In this document: piece after piece, positions 38,570 to 51,120 of the stretch
Position numbering within the stretch: position 1 is the first letter of the stretch
How the letters are laid out: every line of letters begins with the position of its first letter
Assembly (NCBI GenBank): GCA_010405405.1
Contig: MU004238.1
Span: 817,530 to 881,529 of the forward strand
Length of the DNA stretch: 64,000 nt
DNA from: Microthyrium microscopicum
Taxonomy: Eukaryota
Reading direction: 5' to 3'
Position numbers and translations under genes: made by a program
Notes under the pieces: model-generated
What the model saw: the letters and a program-made list of their open reading frames with translations, nothing else
Database searches by the model: none
Told to the model about the DNA's origin: nothing

Positions 38570-41500
38570 AACATTAAACTAGCTATTTATTATTTAGCGC
38601 GCCTTAATTAATAACATTATATTTAGAATATTAACTTCTTAACTTTACCTACTAACTCTACTTTACTATATAATAATTTAATAATAGCTACACATATTTA
38701 TTCTAACTATAAAATCTTACGTAATATAACCTTCTTTTAAAATACTAATACTATTACTCTAGATTTTAATACCTATTTTAAATATTATTAATATAGGCAA
38801 AGTTAACCTAGTAGAGTTATTATAACTAATACTACTACTATTACTAAGTAGTAGTATACTAAATATTATTCTAAGTACGTAATCTACTTCTTTAAAGTAA
38901 AAATTAGTAATAGAATTATTAAATAATATACTTAATATTAAAAACTTCTAAATCTATTAGAATATACTATAGTAAACATATAAATATTATATTTACTACC
39001 TTTACTAAATCCTTCTCCTATTAACTAATAACGTCTATTACTTTATAAGTACGTTAATAATATTACTTATAATTATCCTTATAGTACTAAGATTATTTAA
39101 TAATTCTAGTAGAAAACTTAATAGCATTAAGGATTAAAGTATACTTATAACAATAATAATAATAAAGAACTTCCTTCTACTCTTTAACTAACTAATATTA
39201 TTAACTAATTTAACGCAAGAAATTCTCTACTACTATCTTCTTACCCTTTAATGTTATAAAGCATTCCTCTAAATAATAACTTTTCTAGACTATAAAACTT
39301 ATAGCTATTATGTTTCTTTACTCTTACTATATTATAGGCTAAAAAAGCTAGTATTAAAATCTTCTTATCTATATAATATAATATTAAGAATCTAGATTAG
39401 CTTAATAAACCTATGCTAAGTACTAAAGATTAAGAGATTATAAATAAATTTTACGCTATATTAATAATAAAAAAAATAACATTATATAATTAGTATAATA
39501 AGTAATAGTTTAATATAGGTCTTAAATTAGTTAGTAGTAATAACGTCTATTAAACATATTATAATAATAAATATAATATTAAGAAATAGTTAAAAAGGAA
39601 TAGGATAAACGTTAGGAATATACTAGTATATTTACTAAAATTAATATAGGTTAAGGAAATATTAATTTCACTATTATATATATATATTTCCTTATATTAA
39701 ATTTAAGGATAGTAATATAACTATAGTAGCTATATTATAATATTCTAACGCTAGGTAGCTTTACTATACTATAAGTTACTATTACTACTAAAATAGTTAA
39801 ATATTATAGTATTAAAGCCTATAAATACTAATAAGGATTATTAATTATAGCGTCAATTTATAAAGTAATATACTATTAAATAGGCTACTATTCTAGAGTA
39901 GTTATTATAGCTTAAGAATAATAATACTTACTTTAAAGATATTATTATTAATAATAATACTCTTAACTAACTACTAAAGAATAGAGATATTATAGCGTAG
40001 TTTAATACTAAGATTATTAAGCTAATTATTAACGATCTAGCGCCTAATAAAGGTCCTAAAACTATATAAACTACGTAAGATATTACTAATATTAATTCAT
40101 CTAGAAATAACGTTTAGCTCTTAACGTATAGTATTATTCTAGATCTAGGATTAAATATTACTAGTATTAAAGTAGTAGCTAAAGATTTTAGGGTATAACC
40201 TAATAATATTCCTTTAATAGTTCCTTCTATTAGTACTACGCCTATTAATAAGTTTAGTAACTATTAGACGTTAGCTAAAGCTTTTCTTATATTATATCTA
40301 TATAGTATTAGTAATTATAATATTAGGCGTAATTAAAATATAATATATAGTAAGTATACTAAATATTTAATATAATATAAGAATAGTCATTTTACTTAAT
40401 ACCTAAGATAGCGCTATATAGTTTTTAATACTTATATATAGCGTAAGATTTAAGGTTTTAGCACTTACTTTATTAATTGCTAACTATTATCTAATATTAT
40501 ATTAGAATCTATTTACAAAGTATTAGCTAACCCTAATAATAATATTACATAATAGCTAATTACTAAGTTAATTTAATATTCTTATTACGTACTTAGTAGT
40601 TATCCCTTTTAGAATAAGAAATAATAAGAAGTTATTATAATAATTTAGTAGTTAGGCTATCTAGCATTGTTTTTAATATAGTCTACTATAGACTTATATT
40701 AGCGTAAACTAGCTCATTATATATTAAATTATAATTAGTAGCTTATAGCTAATAGTAAAGGTTATACTTATATTACCTACTATAATTTAACTAATAATCT
40801 CTATATTACTATATAGTTTTTTAATAGACGTTATACGTTATTTAAAGACATTATATTAACTAGCAAATTTAGTATTATTAATTCCTAGGAACGTATAGAA
40901 TATTAAGCAAGAAGTAGTAATTATTATTATAAATTTGTATAGTATAATATTAAAGGACTAGATATAAAGACTACTAATAGTATATATCTTAAGCCTCTTA
41001 ATAATATTATATAGTTCTTATAAGCCTAAAAATATTTACTAAAAGCTATTAACCCTATTCTAAGTACTAATAAATAGGTCCTTAATAGTAATATTAGTAC
41101 TTTATAAATAAGTACTAAGAAATAGCAAAATACTATTTAATAACTAAATAGTACTATTAATTAGGTACTTACACATAGATATAGTATCTATTATTAACAA
41201 ATTATTAAAGCTAATCCTACTAGACTAAAGTAATATTAATTCTACTATCCTTATCGTATTAATCTTTTACCTAAAAATTAAAATACTAATATACCTACTA
41301 ATGTTTCTAAATCTAATATTCTTATATTTTAATTTATAGTACGTCTTAACCATGACTAGAATAAGTCATATTCTATCTTTAAATATAATTATAATAACAC
41401 TAACTTTATACTATTTAACTAGTTAGCTATTATATTATAGTTAGCTAATTATAATATATTACTAATAATAAGCAAAGCTACTACTACTAATTATATTACT

Positions 41501-42469
41501 AAATATAGTACTAAAGCTAAGAAGTAGTCTAAGACTTATAAAGATATACTATTAAAATATTTAAAGTATATATTAGATTAAGGGTAGATTAGAACGTTAG
41601 TTTTTAAAATAATAATAATATTAGTATTAGAACACAATTAGACTACTTCTAAAGTTATATATCTTCTACTTTAAATACTATTAGTATAATTAATACGTAG
41701 TATATTAGTTATTAACTATTAATCTAAAAATAATTAATTAGCTAACTTTTTTAATTAACGTTAAGCTAATAATAGAGAAGATAGAATATTAGAAAGGAAA
41801 AGTATACTTATAAAGTATAAAGAGCGTAGAGAAGAAATAAAGGATATAATATTCCTTAATTTTCTTTTATATTATAATACTACTAGTCTATATTACTAGT
41901 ATAAAGGTTTAATAAAAGCTTATATTTTATAGTATTAGCCTCTTTATAATAAGGATATACTATCGTAATCTAAAGACTACTATTATATTAAAGCATAGTT
42001 ATATTATCCCTTTTATAAAACTAAAGATACTAAGAGTAGATTTAATACTTAAGAATAAAAATATAAAGATTATATTACTAAACGCTATAACTATAAGTAT
42101 AACTTCCTTTATATTATTAAAACAAAGCTAGATTCTAATAATGATAAGTTAAAGAATAATAGTATTAATTTAGTTAATAAGAGAACTACGCCTAATTAGG
42201 CTAATATAGTAGTATAGCACTCTAATAGTACTATAGATAACATAGAAAATAATTAGGGTAAGCTAGGCACTTAAGATATTAATAATATTAGATAGAAAGA
42301 TTATATCTATAAGTTACTATTCTATAAAATATTAAATAAAGTATACTAGGATTAATAGAAAGAATTATATCTACTTTAGTAGAGTAGCTAAAAAATATTA
42401 TAATCTACTACTAATATACTAAATATTAAATAATAAGAAGTTTATAATTATATAACTAGCTACTATTAA
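38570..42469 (+). mobile_element. RIP-degraded Helitron Rep region; runs into an assembly gap at 42470-42804
   Basis: De-RIPed plus-strand motifs AFPTLYPYGIGD (~40280-40315), HUH motif EYQARGSxHxHGFVW (~40898-40942), Y2 motif NYIAKYSTKAE (~41490-41520) and RDWTASEV (~41635). Boundaries are approximate. Confidence 0.7.
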
Positions 42470-42804
42470 NNNNNNNNNNNNNNNNNNNNNNNNNNNNNNN
42501 NNNNNNNNNNNNNNNNNNNNNNNNNNNNNNNNNNNNNNNNNNNNNNNNNNNNNNNNNNNNNNNNNNNNNNNNNNNNNNNNNNNNNNNNNNNNNNNNNNNN
42601 NNNNNNNNNNNNNNNNNNNNNNNNNNNNNNNNNNNNNNNNNNNNNNNNNNNNNNNNNNNNNNNNNNNNNNNNNNNNNNNNNNNNNNNNNNNNNNNNNNNN
42701 NNNNNNNNNNNNNNNNNNNNNNNNNNNNNNNNNNNNNNNNNNNNNNNNNNNNNNNNNNNNNNNNNNNNNNNNNNNNNNNNNNNNNNNNNNNNNNNNNNNN
42801 NNNN

Positions 42805-45640
42805 AGTATAGTATTAAAGTAGATTATATAATAGATAGGTAGTAATAAAATAATATTAGTCTTTTATACTATATTATAAATACTATAAGATAGTTATCTT
42901 TTTAGAGAGCATTTTTAATAGTTAATAACTCGTATCGTATTAGAACTTCCTTAGTAAAAAGTTATAGAGTTCTATAATAGTCTATATATCTTTGCTAAGA
43001 ATAATATAGTTATATAATATAATATTAGTAGATTACTATATATTATAAAGCTAGTAATAGTTATTAAAGCTATTAATACTTCTCTAACTACTAAGAAAGT
43101 ATTTATAGATATTATAAAGATCTACTAGTCTATTTCTATCTTTCTTAGATATTAAGTAATATTAATAACTAATATCTAGACTAATTATAATTTAGTTAAT
43201 AGTACTATAAGAATAGTCCTTAATATCTAGTAGCCTATAGGAACTACTAATCCTTAATATACCTAACCTTTTATTATTATAATTACCTTTAATTAGTATA
43301 ATATTAATTTACTAGTCTATACTATAGTAAGTAATAAGAAATATATTTTAATCTTCTCTATTATATAGTAATTTAATTTTAAGGATAGAAACTACTATCA
43401 TACCTAATTTTCTTTAATATTAGCGTATACTATTATAGTTTATAAGTCTTAAGGAATTATAGTTAATAAAATAGTATTAGACATATTTATAAAAGATTTT
43501 ATATAGAGCTTAATATATATAGTAGTATTAAGAGTTAAGAGCTTTAATAGCTTAATGTTTACTAAACTATTTAACTATAAATAGTAAAATAGTAAAAAGG
43601 ATCTTACTAAAGGTATATAATAGTAGCTTTATAATTTTAATATACGCTAAAAATAGCTACTATTAAAATTTAAAGATAGAAATATACCTTTATAGCTACT
43701 TTTATTACTACCTCTATCTCTACCTTTATTACCTTTATTACTAGTAAGTTACTATTTACTACTTCTACTAATATTACCTTTATTATCCTAAGGTAGCTAT
43801 ATTATAATTACTAACGATAAGGATAAGTTACCTCTTTCTATATATTATAACTCTAATAATAGTAAGGCTAAAGAGGAAGAATAAGAAGAAAATCTAATAG
43901 TATTAAATAAAGATACTATATTTAATAATAACCTATAGTCCTCTCTCTATATATAATCTAAAATTTAAGTTAGATCTACCTCTTTTATTATTAGATTAAG
44001 TGCTTCTACCTTAATATTATATCTCTACCTCTCTCTTTCTAGATAACCTCTATAGCTTCTTAAATTTAATATTATCTTTAAATCTTATAATATATAATGT
44101 TATCCTTCTTAGTATTAAATATTTACTTTACTATTATTACCTATTTACTTCTCTCTTTTTAATACTTCTTTCTTAACTTTAACTAATACTTTTATATCCT
44201 TACTCTCTAATACTACTATTCTATATTTAATACTTACTTAATGCTTACTATTAGGTTATTTAATAAATATCCTTACTTAATAATAGTCTTAATCTAATAT
44301 TCTCTATAGAAATCTATTTAATCTACGTTAAATCTTACTTTATAATAAGTATTAATCCTATTTAGAGTTATTAATAATCTAATACTCTTAATTAATCTAA
44401 TACTCTTAATAGTACTCTTAATAACATTCTAATACTTTGCTATTAAACTATAGAGTATAAAGCATTTTAAATTCCTTTAATTTTAGACTTCTTCTTCTTC
44501 TCTCTAGCTTAATATTCTTTACTATTATATAAGTATAATATTATTACTTAATATTACGCATTTACTAACTATTACTATAGAACTATGCTACTTAGATTTA
44601 AAAATAACGTTAAAATACGATCTTCTATCTCCTTTTCTATTCTTATCGTTAAAGCTATAAATAGCAATATAAAAGAACTTTCTTCTCTCGTTATATTAGT
44701 AATACTTAATGTTAATAAGAAGTGCATCTTGCGTAATTAAACTACGCCTAGTAGTAGCTCTACTAAAAAAAAGCTAAAAAAATCTTTAATATCTATAGTA
44801 GCGTTTACGCTTATTAACTAGCTATTACCTTTAAAAGTTAATACTTATTACTTTTATATTAGTAATAATATATCTACCTTAGCTAATGTTATACTAGCTA
44901 TAAGTTATAGTATACTAATATATATTATATATACTTTACGTCTAGTAAAGTATTATAATAATTAAGGTTATTAGAAGAAGAATTTATACTTTACGTTCCT
45001 AAATATTAAGTATCTTTACGTAGATAATACGTATAAGTCTTTGCTATTATATTACTTTTTTCATTAAAGTAAAGTTTATAAGTATTCTAAGATATAAAGG
45101 GATAGTATTTAGGATAATCTTAAGGTATTTAGAATACTAAAAAACTTCTTTAAATATTATAATCTTAATTTAAAGAAGAAGACTTATAGCGCTATATTAA
45201 AATACTTAGAATAATATTAGGATATAGCTATAAAAGATATTATTAGGAAAGAGGAAGATAGTGCTAGTACTATTACTACTACTAATAATTTTGATAGTTA
45301 TTTATTATAAATATTAATTAATACTAGTAATAAACCCTTAGTACTATTTAGCTAAGTAAAGGTTCTATTTATACGTCTTAATTACGCTAAAGCTTTAGTT
45401 CGTAACACTTATATTTAATATATAAGTAATATTACTAATTTATAACGTTATTCTTTTAACGTCTTATATTAGATTATAGGTTAGGGTATAGATATTTCTT
45501 AATAGATCTTAGATAGTAACATTAACTAATATAATGTTACTTCTATTAGTATTAAAAACTATATTCTTCTATATTATAATATCTAATATTTAATATTATA
45601 TCTTATATTTAAACAATATTATAGCGGCCGCTAGCTAATT
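42805..45640. repeat. RIP-degraded AT-rich repeat DNA, unclassified (Helitron 3' part or a second element)
   Basis: Strong TpA excess and near absence of CpA/TpG. No helicase or transposase motif could be read with confidence. Confidence 0.6.
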
Positions 45641-46088
45641 AAGTTATAAAGAGCAAGCCTCTTCCCCCAAGGTTATATGGCCTACGTTGTTATATACTAG
45701 TAAGTAAACAGGCAGCTACGACCCACAGGTGCTTGCCTTTTTTGAAAACTGCAAGAGCGACCTCATAATCATTCTCAAGCAAGCCTCTACCCTGTTTGAG
45801 TATTTATAGACTTGGTGCTGAAGGTGAAGGGTAGCCTTTGATTTCATTTTCCGTCGAATGACTCCCAGATGTGGACAGTCACAGCCTGATGAAGAATCTG
45901 CTGCATAGAGATTGGAATTCTCAAAATCTGTGATTACATTGTTTGTATTCAAACACACACATCTCTCTCGAATCATGAAGAATATAATCATAGGCTAAGC
46001 TTGGAAACATAGCTCTGCTTGCTCTGTTTTCATCAGTCATAAACGTTCCCAAACTCGATCAAGACAAAAAGAAAACCAACAAGACCAT

Positions 46089-47675
46089 TTAGTGTTTTAC
46101 TGGCGGGCGCGATACTCTCGTTGCAACGAAAAAGAGTATCTTAATTGGCTTAGGAAACTGTAACCACAACCAGTCTTCCGGGCTAAAGCCAGCTTCCTCT
46201 AGAGGCACTAAAGTCGCTTCAAGAAGCCACATCAGCTCTCGATCTTGGTCCCCATCCCCCAGCACGATCTGAAGTGAGCAGAATTCTCCAGATATATAAT
46301 GGACAAATGTGTTGTGATGGTAATGCGGTGTCTCGGGCTCAGAAGGCTGGTCCCACTCGATGATATGCTGATCCGTTGGGTCGCGATCGTATCCAATTGT
46401 CCAACCTGCTAGGCGCGTGCCTTTTTTCGAGATGAGGGGGAGTATTGAATCCAATATTTGCCGTTGATTGAAGAAGTCTAGCCCATAGAGAAGATCGTGT
46501 ACTAGAATGATATCAAAGGCCCAAGTAGGCAGTTGCTTCTGCAATTTCGTCTTCTCTTCACTCGCAGATGTGCTCGTCAGGCCTCCACAGGCGAAGAGAT
46601 GTAAGTTGGTTTGTATGAACTTCGCGCTGGATGGTTTATGTCGGAATAGTCTTTTGCCCAACTTCCATAGCTCTTCCCATTCGTCCAAAGCATACATATG
46701 CCCACTTGCACCGTCAACGTGAAGTTGATGCAGTTCCTGGCCGAATCGAGATGCAATGTCAATTATCGAATGCCCTCTCTGGGCTATGTCAAGGATTCTG
46801 TGGTAGTATGGCGATTTGACCATCGTACTACGAAGGAACCACCACCGTCCGAGTGATGGCAATTGAATCGCATCCCAAGCTGCGGCGCGGATAGAAGCAA
46901 CATCTGACTCGAATAGGTAATCCTCATAGTTGAGAGGGTAGCATAAGAATCCTTTTGCTTCTGGGCCAATGGGAGGATTGAGCAAATACCAAGGGCAGTC
47001 AGTTCTGGTAGGAAAAGAATTTGGCCGGTAGTGCTCCATAATTCGCATCAATAGGCCGTGGCTTTGGCGACGATGATGGAGACGGTACGTCGGTTTGTCC
47101 AATTCGAGGGAGAAATTCTTGTTGTAGGCCTTGTGGATTCCATTTAGCCAATCAATTTCCTCCAAATTATCTTCTATCTCAAATTTGATGTTTCGAATTG
47201 CCCGGTGTATAAGGCCATCTTTATGTGCTAGCATGCGATATATCAGATCGACCTTCTCGCATTTATCCTTTGCTTCATTCTTGAGGTTTCGATTGGTTTG
47301 ATGTGCAAGATCATCAGTATTCCAGCAACTTGGCTTCCAATGCCTATAACCTGACAATGGATATCCTGAAGAGGAATTTGAGTGGCAGCTGACTGGAGCG
47401 CCTGAAGACAAGTTCGAATGGTCGTTGACTGGCGGTTCAGGAAGACATTCGAGGCTGTCCGATTGCTTATCCTTCTGGGGCTGTATCTCCAAAGGTTTAA
47501 CAAGTGTTCGAGTTGATCCTTGGCCTGATGGCAAATGTAATGTTAGGTCAGATGTCTCATCAAGCGTATAGAACATATCATCATAGTCCCTTTCGTTCTG
47601 GTCGACAGGTTGTGTTGATTGAGTAGAATCCTGGCCTGTCAGCCAATGTGTTGGTAGTTCAGAGGTCCAATTCAT
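46089..47675 (-). CDS. Divergent class I SAM-methyltransferase-like protein (AusD/Trt5-like fold) with long N-terminal extension
   Basis: 549-codon open frame. AWDAIQLPSLGRWWFL...SPYYHRIL...IIDIASRFGQELHQLHVDGA...MYALD...LWKLGKRLF...FDIILV. First ATG at 47675; true start uncertain. Confidence 0.65.
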   Translation of the reverse strand: MNWTSELPTHWLTGQDSTQSTQPVDQNERDYDDMFYTLDETSDLTLHLPSGQGSTRTLVKPLEIQPQKDKQSDSLECLPEPPVNDHSNLSSGAPVSCHSNSSSGYPLSGYRHWKPSCWNTDDLAHQTNRNLKNEAKDKCEKVDLIYRMLAHKDGLIHRAIRNIKFEIEDNLEEIDWLNGIHKAYNKNFSLELDKPTYRLHHRRQSHGLLMRIMEHYRPNSFPTRTDCPWYLLNPPIGPEAKGFLCYPLNYEDYLFESDVASIRAAAWDAIQLPSLGRWWFLRSTMVKSPYYHRILDIAQRGHSIIDIASRFGQELHQLHVDGASGHMYALDEWEELWKLGKRLFRHKPSSAKFIQTNLHLFACGGLTSTSASEEKTKLQKQLPTWAFDIILVHDLLYGLDFFNQRQILDSILPLISKKGTRLAGWTIGYDRDPTDQHIIEWDQPSEPETPHYHHNTFVHYISGEFCSLQIVLGDGDQDRELMWLLEATLVPLEEAGFSPEDWLWLQFPKPIKILFFVATRVSRPPVKH

Positions 47676-48709
47676 AGCATCGAGTTGTTTTTCAAAGTCC
47701 TTGGGAAGATCTCTGAACTCATCGGTATCCTGTCTCACGGGCAGCTACAGAAGTTCAGAATTTATGTTGGAAGATAGCAATCTGTACCGCTAAGATTGCC
47801 ATAAGCTGTAGCTTGAGCGGGCTAACTCTGATCTGAGGATCTTCATGGCTCCTCACATGAGTCGCCTGTGAGCTATGCCTTGTAGGATCTTTGATGCTGC
47901 GCTCAAAGTGCAAGGGCGTGAATCCAATAGTATCATGCATAAGTTACCAGCGCGGCTGTACATGAATGCCAACCACACATAATAACCAATAAAATTCCAA
48001 AGACGTCCCCAGTTTCCAGTTTGCTGGAGACAGTCAAGGCTGCATACCCTCACAAAGGATGAGACAGTTCTTACAACAGATGTTTGCCCACAAATCTGCA
48101 GCTTACTTTTGAGTAAATGATCTTCTTGCAGTTTCCCTATGTCAAAAAGCCCATTAAACACAATACCAGCTCAAATTATCATAAGCTACCTCTTCGTTCA
48201 TCTTTATTAGCTAGTCAAAAGGCATTGGATTATCTTTTACTCGGGGCCTATCATTTCTTGATTTGTGCGAACGGAAGTATTGAAGTGAATCACAAACCCA
48301 CAATGTATGAAAATATTAGATGTCGCTCACAACTCCCAATTTCAAACGGTATTTAATCTTGAAAGCTCTAGGTTCTTCTCTTATATCATGTGAACATATT
48401 TTAATTCTGAAAATTGTGATTAGTTGTGAACTTAAGAAAGATTATCCATCTGGACTTTGTAGGCTTTACAGGGGCTCACTATTATCATACAGGTTATACA
48501 AAGAATCCTCCTCTCTTCATGAATTATCCAATACCTATTAAAATAACTGATATTTTCGTCATATTAGCTTTGGAAAAGTTTAGTACTGTACCTTGTAATA
48601 AATTCGTTTAATAGACGCAGTGGTTCTCAGCTGGGAAAGGCACGTTAAAAGCTAAGATATAGTCGAGAGCTATATACAAACTTATGGCTATTGCCTTTCA
48701 CAATTCATC

Positions 48710-48908
48710 GGGCAATTGGTCTAGTGGTATGATTTTTCCTTAGCATCTAGCAGTACGTTGTACTAGCCGAGCTTGGAGTAAGTTTACCGTATCATACTAC
48801 TAGTTCAAAAAACTAACAACCCCGTCGAGAGGTCCAGTTGCGTATCCCTGTCATATTCCTTCGATCCTTTACTAACATGTTCAAGGGGTTCAATTCCCTG
48901 ATTGTCCA
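48710..48908 (+). tRNA. tRNA-Ala(AGC) gene split into 4 exons by one canonical tRNA intron and two spliceosomal-type introns
   Basis: Acceptor stem GGGCAAT/ATTGTCC with G3:U70 and discriminator A. A-box TGGTCTAGTGG. Anticodon AGC at 48742-48744. T-arm CA|GGG-TTCAATT-CCCTG. T10 terminator at 48915-48924. Inserts at 48746-48773, 48778-48827 and 48837-48885. Whether it is functional is unproven. Confidence 0.85.
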
Positions 48909-48914
48909 AATCAG

Positions 48915-48924
48915 TTTTTTTTTT
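48915..48924 (+). terminator. RNA polymerase III oligo(T) terminator of the tRNA-Ala gene
   Basis: Run of 10 T starting 7 nt after the discriminator base. Confidence 0.8.
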
Positions 48925-51120
48925 GCTTTGAGCTGCTATGAATTCGTTTTGCATTGTGTTTTTATATCTACCCCCTTACTTTTTTTTGCAACACGTTACA
49001 AAGTGTAAAATGTGAAAGAGTCGACGGCAAATCAATGCAGATTGGAATCAATGAAAACCATCTTGGCTTTTCGTACGTCGATGTCGGTCGTATCGAGGTA
49101 GAGAACTTCTGAGTACTGCTTGAAGACCGAACAAAAGACATTGAATCATTAAGTCCTTGGATTAAAGAGCGATAGTATCATTCGCTTCTAAAGACTGTTA
49201 CCGGTAAAAAAAGAAAACCTCTACCGGCAAGTAGCATTCTCCTAATGCTAGTTACGTATCACATCTAGTGACAGATCATGCCATGGCCCAGGAGTGTTAA
49301 AGTATGAAAATTATAGGTAGCTTCACAACTTCTTACTCCGTAGAATACTAATCACTACTAGAGCAAGTTGTTTGTTTTCATACTAACAAAGCGCAGTGAT
49401 CGAGATGAAATGTCAGCCTGCTTACCAGGAAATTAGAATGGCTCAAGGGTTGCAAGCGATAAGATAAAACATATACTAACATATGATTCCATACTCAAAG
49501 ACTATTGTTGATCTTGATCAGACAACCTCGTGGGAATTTATCACTCTTCAATTACAAGATGACCACGATAGATTGATGGTGAAGCTTTGCCTTTGCTACT
49601 CTTGTCTTGTGCCATCTTTCTCTATATTAACCTGCTACGAAAGGTAACATCAGCTTTATAACGCATTAGCTGGTAGATTTGATCGAAGCTTTGAGCCACG
49701 TCTCTCTTTGGTAGGTGTTCTTCATAAGGATTGGCAACGTTCCAATTCATTCATTTCTTCTTCTTGAAAAACATTCGATCGTGATTCACGAACTCTTTTC
49801 AGAAAGATAACACGGCCAAATGCCGCGTTCTGACGACCGAAGAGGTCCAAATGTAGACAATATGCTTCCCAGAAGTCATGATGGTGATATGGTTCTCAAC
49901 GATCGAAGAACACTGAATCCCCTATCCTATCAGAGGGCCGTAATGCTACAAATGGGTTGATATGCACTTTACCGTGGCGTCCAACTAAATAATGGCAAAC
50001 ATGAAACATTTCAATCGCATGGGGTCAGTCTTTCGTCACATGAGATAAGCTGATGTTTTCCTTGAAAAAGGGGGATTAGGAACCCTCTGGACAACATCCC
50101 ACTGAACAGATCAAGTCTGAGAGCAAGTCATGACCATAGATTTTACCGTTGTAATCTACATTGTGTATTTAAGAGGGTATCTAAAGTTTGTTCTCTTTGT
50201 ACAACCTACGGCTTGGGAATGGGTTGTACTAGCTCACTTGTGCATTGAATGGATACCTTACCATTATGTTTAAAGTGACCTAAGAATTGTAAAAAAAGTC
50301 TTAATGGAAAGTCTTATATGATCTCAGCAAATGAAAAATATTTTCCAGCACTAATAGTTCGTGAGTTGGTAGAAAACTTGCAGTGACTTCGCTACCAGCT
50401 GGCCGATCATATCGAATACTACATTTAGCACGTCCCAAGAATTGTGAAATAATGAGGCCTTATTGTCACTTTGGTTGATGATAAAACTACAATCTTATCA
50501 TACACGACAATTGGTGAAATTGCAATCATAGCAAGAATCCGACTTGTGCACTACATCGGGTTTACTCCCATGGGCGTAGGTTCCCGTCACTTCACCCAGT
50601 CCTCAACCTGGAAAAGCTTCAGCGCATCCCGCCATAATGAAGTTTGACAAGAATAACTAGCCTGAGCATACACCTTTACTCCATGAATTCCTTGGTCAAG
50701 TATACATGGTATCATCGTAGATGTGTTGCTGCTTGCACGAAGAGTGTCAGATATCGAACCCAAATCCAATCCCCACGTCACCAAGTTAACCTTCACTCTC
50801 CCTCAATGATGTTCCTGCTGGATTGAGTTTCAGCCCGTGCTCTTTGCGTTGCGCTCTTTCCTTCCAACATCGTGCTTTACTCCTTCTTATGGCCATGCGA
50901 ACTGGCTTCACGCGACGTGTGCCTTTCGCGTTTCTGGTCCACGTTTTCCTTCCCTTTCGAGGGTATCGAACGAGATTTCTTTCTTCTTTAGGGATATGCG
51001 ATGACTCAGGCCCCGTGATTTAGGTAGTGAATTTCTTATAAAAGGCCTGAGGTGCTGAAGTTTCCTCACTTTCGCCTCACTTCTTCACAAACCTCACTCA
51101 CTGAAGTAATTTTTTTAAAG

